The notes beneath the pieces are model-generated. The model was not told the DNA's origin, ran no database searches, and saw only the letters and a program-made list of their open reading frames with translations. Made by a program: the position numbers and the translations under genes. Below, piece by piece: positions 54,870 to 64,000 of a stretch of 64,000 nt of DNA (position 1 is its first letter; each line of letters starts with the position of its first letter). The stretch comes from Eledone cirrhosa. Taxonomy: Eukaryota. The DNA lies in contig OZ024741.1 in the NCBI GenBank assembly GCA_964016885.1, forward strand, positions 282,596,001 to 282,660,000, in the 5' to 3' direction.

Positions 54870-57800
54870 CTCTATCTAATAAACACCAAGTATGCTGTGT
54901 CTGTCTCTATCTAATAAACACCAAGTGTGGTGTGTCTGTCTCTATCTAATAAACACCAAGTGTGGTGTATCTATCTCTATCTAATAAACACCAAGTATGA
55001 TGTGTCTGTCTCTATCTAATAAACACCAAGTATGGTGTGTCTGTCTCTATCTAATAAACACCAAGTATGGTGTGTCTGTCTCTATCTAATAAACACCAAG
55101 TGTGGTGTGTCTGTCTCTATCTAATAAACACCAAGTGTGGTGTATCTGTCTCTATCTAATAAAAAGCAAGTGTGGTGTGTCTATCTTTATCTAATAAACA
55201 CCAAGTATGGTGTGTCTGTCTCTATCTAATAAACACCAAGTGTGGTGTGTCTATCTTTATCTAATAAAAACCAAGTATGGTGTGTCTGTCTCTATCTAAT
55301 AAACACCAAGTGTGGTGTATCAATCTCTATCTAATAAACACCAAGTGTGGTGTGTCTATCTTTATCTAATAAAAACCAAGTATGGTGTGTCTGTCTCTAT
55401 CTAATAATCACCAAGTGTGGTGTATCTGTCTCTATCTAATAAACACCAAGTGTGGTGTGTCTGTCTCTATCTAATAAACACCAAGTATTGTGTGCCTGTC
55501 TCTATCAAATAAACACCAAGTATGGTGTGTCTGTCTCTATCTAATAAACACCAAGTATGGTGTGTCTGTCTCTATCTAATAAACACCAAGTGTGGTGTGT
55601 CTGTCTCTATCTAATAAACACCAACTATGGTGTGTCTATCTCTATCTAATAAACATCAAGTATAGTGTGTCTGTCTCTATCTAATAAACACCACTGTGGT
55701 GTGTCTGTCTCTATCTAATAAACACCAAGTATGGTGTGTCTGTCTCTATCTAATAAACACCACTGTGGTGTGTCTGTCTCTATCTAATAAACACCAAGTG
55801 TGGTGTGTCTGTCTCTATCTAATAAACACCAAGTATGGTGTGTCTGTCTCTATCTAATAAACACCAAGTGTGGTGTATCTGTCTCTATCTAATAAACACC
55901 AAGTGTGGTGTGTCTGTCTCTATCTAATAAACACCAAGTATGGTGTGTATGTCTCTATCTAATAAACACCAAGTATTGTGTGCCTGTCTCTATCAAATAA
56001 ACACCAAGTATGGTGTGTCTGTCTCTATCTAATAATCACCAAGTATGGTGTGTCTGTCTCTATCTAATAAACACCAAGTATTGTGTGCCTGTCTCTATCA
56101 AATAAACACCAAGTATTGTGTGTCTGTCTCTATCTAATAATCACCAAGTATGGTGTGTCTGTCTCTATCTAATAAACACCAAGTGTGGTGTGTCTATCTC
56201 TATCTAATAAACACCAAGTGTGGTGTGTCTGTCTCTATCTAATAAACACCAAGTGTGGTGTATCTGTCTCTATCTAATAAAAAGCAAGTGTGGTGTGTCT
56301 ATCTTTATCTAATAAACACCAAGTATGGTGTGTCTGTCTCTATCTAATAAACACCAAGTGTGGTGTATCAATCTCTATCTATTAAACACCAAGTGTGGTG
56401 TGTCTGTCTCTATCTAACAAACACCAAGTATGGTGTGTCTGCCTCTATCTAATAAACACCAAGTGTGGTGTATCTGTCTCTATCTAATAAACACCAAGTG
56501 TGGTGTGTCTGTCTCTATCTAATAAACACCAAGTATGGTGTGTCTGTCTCTATCTAATAAACACCAAGTATGGTGTGTCTGTCTCTATCTAATAAACACC
56601 AAGTGTGGTGTGTCTGTCTCTATCTAATAAACACCAAGTATGGTGTGTCTGTCTCTATCTAATAAACACCAAGTGTGGTGTATCTGTCTCTATCTAATAA
56701 ACACCAAGTGTGGTGTGTCTGTCTCTATCTAATAAACACCAAGTATGGTGTGTCTGTCTCTATCTAATAAACAGCAAGTATGGTGTGTCTGTCTCTATCT
56801 AATAAACACCAAGTGTGGTGTGTCTGTCTCTATCTAATAAACACCAAGTATGGTGTGTCTGTCTCTATCTAATAAACACCAAGTATGGTGTGTCTATCTC
56901 TATCTAATAAACACCAAGTGTGGTGTGTCTATATCTATCTAATAAACACCAAGTGTGGTGTGTCTATCTCTATCTAATAAACACCAAGTATGGTGTGTCT
57001 ATCTCTATCTAATAAACACCAAGTATGGTGTGTCTATCTCTATCTAATAAACACCAAGTATCGTGTGCCTGTCTCTATCTAATAAACACCAAGTATGGTG
57101 TGTCTATCTCTATGTAATAAACACCAAGTATGGTGTGTCTGTCTCTATCTAATAAACACCAAGTATGCTGTGTCTGTCTCTATCTAATAAACACCAAGTG
57201 TGGTGTGTCTGTCTCTATCTAATAAACACCAAGTGTGGTGTATCTATCTCTATCTAATAAACACCAAGTATGATGTGTCTGTCTCTATCTAATAAACACC
57301 AAGTATGGTGTGTCTGTCTCTATCTAATAAACACCAAGTATGGTGTGTCTGTCTCTATCTAATAAACACCAAGTGTGGTGTGTCTGTCTCTATCTAATAA
57401 ACACCAAGTGTGGTGTATCTGTCTCTATCTAATAAAAAGCAAGTGTGGTGTGTCTATCTTTATCTAATAAAAACCAAGTATGGTGTGTCTGTCTCTATCT
57501 AATAAACACCAAGTGTGGTGTGTCTATCTTTATCTAATAAAAACCAAGTATGGTGTGTCTGTCTCTATCTAATAAACACCAAGTGTGGTGTATCAATCTC
57601 TATCTAATAAACACCAAGTGTGGTGTGTCTATCTTTATCTAATAAAAACCAAGTATGGTGTGTCTGTCTCTATCTAATAATCACCAAGTGTGGTGTATCT
57701 GTCTCTATCTAATAAACACCAAGTGTGGTGTGTCTGTCTCTATCTAATAAACACCAAGTATTGTGTGCCTGTCTCTATCAAATAAACACCAAGTATGGTG

Positions 57801-60800
57801 TGTCTGTCTCTATCTAATAAACACCAAGTATGGTGTGTCTGTCTCTATCTAATAAACACCAAGTGTGGTGTGTCTGTCTCTATCTAATAAACACCAACTA
57901 TGGTGTGTCTATCTCTATCTAATAAACATCAAGTATAGTGTGTCTGTCTCTATCTAATAAACACCACTGTGGTGTGTCTGTCTCTATCTAATAAACACCA
58001 AGTATGGTGTGTCTGTCTCTATCTAATAAACACCACTGTGGTGTGTCTGTCTCTATCTAATAAACACCAAGTGTGGTGTGTCTGTCTCTATCTAATAAAC
58101 ACCAAGTATGGTGTGTCTGTCTCTATCTAATAAACACCAAGTGTGGTGTATCTGTCTCTATCTAATAAACACCAAGTGTGGTGTGTCTGTCTCTATCTAA
58201 TAAACACCAAGTATGGTGTGTATGTCTCTATCTAATAAACACCAAGTATTGTGTGCCTGTCTCTATCAAATAAACACCAAGTATGGTGTGTCTGTCTCTA
58301 TCTAATAATCACCAAGTATGGTGTGTCTGTCTCTATCTAATAAACACCAAGTATTGTGTGCCTGTCTCTATCAAATAAACACCAAGTATTGTGTGTCTGT
58401 CTCTATCTAATAATCACCAAGTATGGTGTGTCTGTCTCTATCTAATAAACACCAAGTGTGGTGTGTCTATCTCTATCTAATAAACACCAAGTGTGGTGTG
58501 TCTGTCTCTATCTAATAAACACCAAGTGTGGTGTATCTGTCTCTATCTAATAAAAAGCAAGTGTGGTGTGTCTATCTTTATCTAATAAACACCAAGTATG
58601 GTGTGTCTGTCTCTATCTAATAAACACCAAGTGTGGTGTATCAATCTCTATCTATTAAACACCAAGTGTGGTGTGTCTGTCTCTATCTAACAAACACCAA
58701 GTATGGTGTGTCTGCCTCTATCTAATAAACACCAAGTGTGGTGTATCTGTCTCTATCTAATAAACACCAAGTGTGGTGTGTCTGTCTCTATCTAATAAAC
58801 ACCAAGTATGGTGTGTCTGTCTCTATCTAATAAACACCAAGTATGGTGTGTCTGTCTCTATCTAATAAACACCAAGTGTGGTGTGTCTGTCTCTATCTAA
58901 TAAACACCAAGTATGGTGTGTCTGTCTCTATCTAATAAACACCAAGTGTGGTGTATCTGTCTCTATCTAATAAACACCAAGTGTGGTGTGTCTGTCTCTA
59001 TCTAATAAACACCAAGTATGGTGTGTCTGTCTCTATCTAATAAACAGCAAGTATGGTGTGTCTGTCTCTATCTAATAAACACCAAGTGTGGTGTGTCTGT
59101 CTCTATCTAATAAACACCAAGTATGGTGTGTCTGTCTCTATCTAATAAACACCAAGTATGGTGTGTCTATCTCTATCTAATAAACACCAAGTGTGGTGTG
59201 TCTATATCTATCTAATAAACACCAAGTGTGGTGTGTCTATCTCTATCTAATAAACACCAAGTATGGTGTGTCTATCTCTATCTAATAAACACCAAGTATG
59301 GTGTGTCTATCTCTATCTAATAAACACCAAGTATCGTGTGCCTGTCTCTATCTAATAAACACCAAGTATGGTGTGTCTATCTCTATGTAATAAACACCAA
59401 GTATGGTGTGTCTGTCTCTATCTAATAAACACCAAGTATGCTGTGTCTGTCTCTATCTAATAAACACCAAGTGTGGTGTGTCTGTCTCTATCTAATAAAC
59501 ACCAAGTGTGGTGTATCTATCTCTATCTAATAAACACCAAGTATGATGTGTCTGTCTCTATCTAATAAACACCAAGTATGGTGTGTCTGTCTCTATCTAA
59601 TAAACACCAAGTATGGTGTGTCTGTCTCTATCTAATAAACACCAAGTGTGGTGTGTCTGTCTCTATCTAATAAACACCAAGTGTGGTGTATCTGTCTCTA
59701 TCTAATAAAAAGCAAGTGTGGTGTGTCTATCTTTATCTAATAAAAACCAAGTATGGTGTGTCTGTCTCTATCTAATAAACACCAAGTGTGGTGTGTCTAT
59801 CTTTATCTAATAAAAACCAAGTATGGTGTGTCTGTCTCTATCTAATAAACACCAAGTGTGGTGTATCAATCTCTATCTAATAAACACCAAGTGTGGTGTG
59901 TCTATCTTTATCTAATAAAAACCAAGTATGGTGTGTCTGTCTCTATCTAATAATCACCAAGTGTGGTGTATCTGTCTCTATCTAATAAACACCAAGTGTG
60001 GTGTGTCTGTCTCTATCTAATAAACACCAAGTATTGTGTGCCTGTCTCTATCAAATAAACACCAAGTATGGTGTGTCTGTCTCTATCTAATAAACACCAA
60101 GTATGGTGTGTCTGTCTCTATCTAATAAACACCAAGTGTGGTGTGTCTGTCTCTATCTAATAAACACCAACTATGGTGTGTCTATCTCTATCTAATAAAC
60201 ATCAAGTATAGTGTGTCTGTCTCTATCTAATAAACACCACTGTGGTGTGTCTGTCTCTATCTAATAAACACCAAGTATGGTGTGTCTGTCTCTATCTAAT
60301 AAACACCACTGTGGTGTGTCTGTCTCTATCTAATAAACACCAAGTGTGGTGTGTCTGTCTCTATCTAATAAACACCAAGTATGGTGTGTCTGTCTCTATC
60401 TAATAAACACCAAGTGTGGTGTATCTGTCTCTATCTAATAAACACCAAGTGTGGTGTGTCTGTCTCTATCTAATAAACACCAAGTATGGTGTGTCTGTCT
60501 CTATCTAATAAACACCAAGAATTGTGTGCCTGTCTCTATCAAATAAACACCAAGTATGGTGTGTCTGTCTCTATCTAATAATCACCAAGTATGGTGTGTC
60601 TGTCTCTATCTAATAAACACCAAGTATTGTGTGCCTGTCTCTATCAAATAAACACCAAGTATTGTGTGTCTGTCTCTATCTAATAATCACGAAGTATGGT
60701 GTGTCTGTCTCTATCTAATAAACACCAAGTGTGGTGTGTCTATCTCTATCTAATAAACACCAAGTGTGGTGTGTCTGTCTCTATCTAATAAACACCAAGT

Positions 60801-61730
60801 GTGGTGTATCTGTCTCTATCTAATAAAAAGCAAGTGTGGTGTGTCTATCTTTATCTAATAAACACCAAGTATGGTGTGTCTGTCTCTATCTAATAAACAC
60901 CAAGTGTGGTGTATCAATCTCTATCTAATAAACACCAAGTGTGGTGTGTCTGTCTCTATCTAATAAACACCAAGTATGGTGTGTCTGCCTCTATCTAATA
61001 AACACCAAGTGTGGTGTATCTGTCTCTATCTAATAAACACCAAGTGTGGTGTGTCTGTCTCTATCTAATAAACACCAAGTATGGTGTGTCTGTCTCTATC
61101 TAATAAACACCAAGTATGGTGTGTCTGTCTCTATCTAATAAACACCAAGTGTGGTGTGTCTGTCTCTATCTAATAAACACCAAGTATGGTGTGTCTGTCT
61201 CTATCTAATAAACACCAAGTGTGGTGTATCTGTCTCTATCTAATAAACACCAAGTGTGGTGTGTCTGTCTCTATCTAATAAACACCAAGTATGGTGTGTC
61301 TGTCTCTATCTAATAAACAGCAAGTATGGTGTGTCTGTCTCTATCTAATAAACACCAAGTGTGGTGTGTCTGTCTCTATCTAATAAACACCAAGTATGGT
61401 GTGTCTGTCTCTATCTAATAAACACCAAGTATGGTGTGTCTATCTCTATCTAATAAACACCAAGTGTGGTGTGTCTATATCTATCTAATAAACACCAAGT
61501 GTGGTGTGTCTATCTCTATCTAATAAACACCAAGTATGGTGTGTCTATCTCTATCTAATAAACACCAAGTATGGTGTGTCTATCTCTATCTAATAAACAC
61601 CAAGTATCGTGTGCCTGTCTCTATCTAATAAACACCAAGTATGGTGTGTCTATCTCTATGTAATAAACACCAAGTATGGTGTGTCTGTCTCTATCTAATA
61701 AACACCAAGTATGCTGTGTCTGTCTCTATC
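54870..61730 (+). repeat. 65-monomer (2273 bp) higher-order repeat, 3 copies
   Basis: CCAACTATGG monomers at 55616/57889/60162 and CCAC pairs at 55686+55755, 57959+58028, 60232+60301. Confidence 0.92.
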
Positions 61731-64000
61731 TAATAAACACGAAGTGTGGTGTGTCTGTCTCTATCTAATAAACACCAAGTATGGTGTGTCTGTCTCTATC
61801 TAATAAACACCAAGCGTGGTGTGTCTATCTCTATCTAATAAACACCAAGTGTGGTGTGTCTGTCTCTATCTAATAAACACCAAGTATGGTGTGTCTGTCT
61901 CTATCTAATAAACACCAAGTGTGGTGTGTCTGTCTCTATCTAATAAACACCAAGTGTGGTGTGTCTGTCTCTATCTAATAAACACCAAGTATGGTGTGTC
62001 TGTCTCTATCTAATAAACACCAAGTGTGGTGTATCTGTCTCTATCTAATAAACACCAAGTGTGGTGTGTCTGTATCTAATAAACACCAAGTATTGTGTGC
62101 CTGTCTCTATCAAATAAACACCAAGTATGGTGTGTCTATCTCTATCTAATAAACATCAAGTATAGTGTGTCTGTCTCTATCTAATAAACACCAAGTATGG
62201 TGTGTCTGTCTCTATCTAATAAACACGAAGTGTGGTGTGTCTATCTCTATCTAATAAACACCAAGTGTGGTGTGTCTGTCTCTATCTAATAAACACCAAG
62301 TGTGGTGTATCTGTCTCTATCTAATAAACACCAAGTGTTGTGTATCTGTCTCTATCTAATAAACACCAAGTGTGGTGTGTCTGTCTCTATCTAATAAACA
62401 CCAGGTATGGTGTGTCTGTCTCTATCTAATAAACACCAAGTATGGTGTGTCTGTCTCTATCTAATAAAAACCAAGTATGTTGTGTCTGTCTCTATCTAAT
62501 AAACACCAAGTATGGTGTGTCTGTCTCTATCTAATAAACACCAAGTATGGTGTGTCTGTCTCTATCTAATAAACACCAAGTGTGGTGTGTCTGTCTCTAT
62601 CTAATAAACACCAAGTGTGGTGTATCTATCTCTATCTAATAAACACAAAGTGTGGTGTATCTATCTCTATCTAATAAACACCAAGTATGTTGTGTCTGTC
62701 TCTATCTAATAAACACCAAGTATGGTGTGTCTGTCTCTATCTAATAAACACCAAGTGTGGTGTATCTATCTCTATCTAATAAACACAAAGTGTGGTGTAT
62801 CTATCTCTATCTAATAAACACCAAGTATGGTGTGTCTGTCTCTATCTAATAAAACCAAGTCTGGTGTGTCTGTCTCTATCTAATAAACACCAAGTATGGT
62901 GTGTCTGTCTCTATTTAATAAACACCAAGTGTGGTGTGTCTGTCTCTATCTAATAAACACCAAGTATGGTGTATCTGTCTCTATCTAATAAACACCAAGT
63001 GTGGTGTATCTGTCTCTATCTAATAAACACCATGTATGGTGTGTCTGTCTCTATCTAAAAAACACCAAGTATGGTGTGTCTGTCTCTATCTAATAAAACC
63101 AAGTCTGGTGTGTCTGTCTCTATCTAATAAACACCAAGTATGGTGTGTCTGTCTCTATTTAATAAACACCAAGTGTGGTGTGTCTGTCTCTATCTAATAA
63201 ACACCAAGTATGGTGTGTCTGTCTCTATCTAATAAACACCAAGTATGGTGTGTCTATCTCTATCTAATACACACCAAGTATGGTGTGTCTGTCTCTATCT
63301 AATAGACACCAAGTGTGGTGTGTCTGTCTCTATCTAATAAACACCAAGTGTGGTGTATCTGTCTCTATCTAATAAACACCAAGTATGGTGTGTCTATCTC
63401 TATCTAATAAACACCAAGTATCGTGTGCCTGTCTCTATCAAATAAACACCAAGTATGGTGTGTCTATCTCTATCTAATAAACACCAAGTGTGGTGTGTCT
63501 ATCTCTATCTAATAAACACCAAGTGTGGTGTGTCTGTCTCTACCTAATAAACACCAAGTATGGTGTGTCTGTCTCTATCTAATAAACACCAAGTATGGTG
63601 TGTCTGTCTCTATCTAATAAACACCAAGTGTGGTGTGTCTATCTCTATCTAATATACACCAAGTATGGTGTTTCTATCTCTATCTAATAAACACCAAGTA
63701 TGGAGTGTCTATCTCTATCTAATAAACACCAAGTGTGGTGTGTCTATCTCTATCTAATAAACACCAAGTGTGGTGTGTCTATCTCTATCTAATAAACACC
63801 AAGTATGGTGTGTCTATCTCTATCTAATAAACACCAAGTATCGTGAGCCTATCTCTATCAAATAAACACCAAGTATGGTGTGTCTATCTCTATCTAATAA
63901 ACACCAAGTATGGTGTGTCTGTCTTTATCTAATAAACACCAAGTATGGTGTGTCTGTCTCTATCTAATAAACACCAAGTATGGTGTGTCTATCTCTATCT

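Larger units (their letters stand above)
40945..62940 (+). repeat. Duplication of a ~10.3 kb block (offset 10,310 bp = 295x35-15); the second copy is expanded by one 65-mer and one monomer
   Basis: Offset 10310: AAGAGTGG 42543/52853, TCTATCTGTA 44101/54411, CCAACTATGG 45306/55616. Offset 12583 (10310+2273): AAGAATTG 47931/60514. Offset 12618 (+35): 4-bp deletion 49451/62069 and AAAACCAAGTCTGG 50233/62851. Confidence 0.92.
1..64000 (+). repeat. 35-bp tandem satellite array, ~1830 head-to-tail monomers, consensus AAACACCAAGTRTGGTGTRTCTRTCTCTATCTAAT; open at both window ends
   Basis: Monomer starts at 1, 36, 71 and so on. The last start is at 63969: 63968 + 47 deleted bases = 1829 x 35. The 47 bases match the indels I counted (36 x 1-bp CCAC variant, 2 x 4-bp, 3 x 1-bp). 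No non-repeat sequence and no reverse-orientation monomers were seen. Confidence 0.99.

Noticed and set aside
1-64000. CRISPR array (35-bp unit, internal hairpin, can be phased to end in ...AAAC)
   Set aside because: Repeats are directly adjacent, with no unique spacers, leader or cas genes. Variation is limited to point variants.
1-64000. Repetitive protein-coding ORF on either strand
   Set aside because: 35 is not a multiple of 3. TAATAA on the + strand and two TAG per monomer on the - strand stop every frame within about 105 bp, apart from rare short read-throughs at variants.
1-64000. Telomerase-made long telomeric repeat (TGGTGT core resembles budding-yeast telomere units)
   Set aside because: There is no G-rich strand bias (C and G counts are about equal), the unit is longer than the yeast units I know, the array is over 64 kb, and variants are inherited in kb-scale duplicated blocks, indicating recombinational rather than templated synthesis. 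A subtelomeric location is not excluded.
1-64000. Compensatory covariation in the hairpin (mirror variants such as CAGCA/TGCTG, CACGA/TCGTG, CATCA/TGATG, CGCCA/TGGCG, CTCCA/TGGAG)
   Set aside because: Mirror-image variants exist but occur in different monomers, never together as far as I could see. With many substitutions sampled, mirrors are expected by chance, so there is no support for a conserved RNA structure.
1-64000. Rolling-circle/concatemer sequencing artefact or synthetic data-storage DNA
   Set aside because: Rare variants recur in exact register at several nested periods with private differences between copies, as expected of an evolved array. Individual large duplications still need read validation.
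1-64000. Nucleosome-sized 5-mer (175 bp) higher-order unit
   Set aside because: The observed periods (2, 4, 6, 65, 114, 124, 287, 295 monomers) are not consistently multiples of 5, and no 5-mer periodicity of variants is visible.
1-64000. Plasmid/phage iterons, REP/BIME elements, rho-independent terminators, tRNA or rRNA
   Set aside because: There is no rep gene or other prokaryotic context, the copy number is far beyond such elements, the hairpin is weak and lacks a long U-tract, and no RNA-gene-like unique sequence is present.

Overview
The whole 64 kb window is one uninterrupted, head-to-tail, single-orientation tandem satellite of a 35-bp monomer, consensus AAACACCAAGTRTGGTGTRTCTRTCTCTATCTAAT (~37-40% GC, no CpG in the consensus). 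It holds 1829 complete monomers plus a partial last one starting at 63969. I see no genes, RNA genes, transposon insertions, unique spacers or inversions, and the array runs off both ends. The information lies in the variants. Rare diagnostic substitutions reveal nested higher-order duplications: 4- and 6-mers, a 65-mer (2273 bp), a 114-mer (3990 bp), a 124-mer (4338 bp), and blocks of 10,043 bp and 10,310 bp. There are two variant domains with a boundary near 30-31 kb, and more diverged ends that share variants. Each monomer contains a small hairpin, ACACCA-AGTR-TGGTGT. A recurrent AG->C variant (36 copies) turns it into a perfect palindrome. This looks most like a eukaryotic (peri)centromeric or subtelomeric satellite or giant minisatellite in a long-read assembly. 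I cannot name the organism or repeat family from sequence alone, and all functional suggestions are inference.
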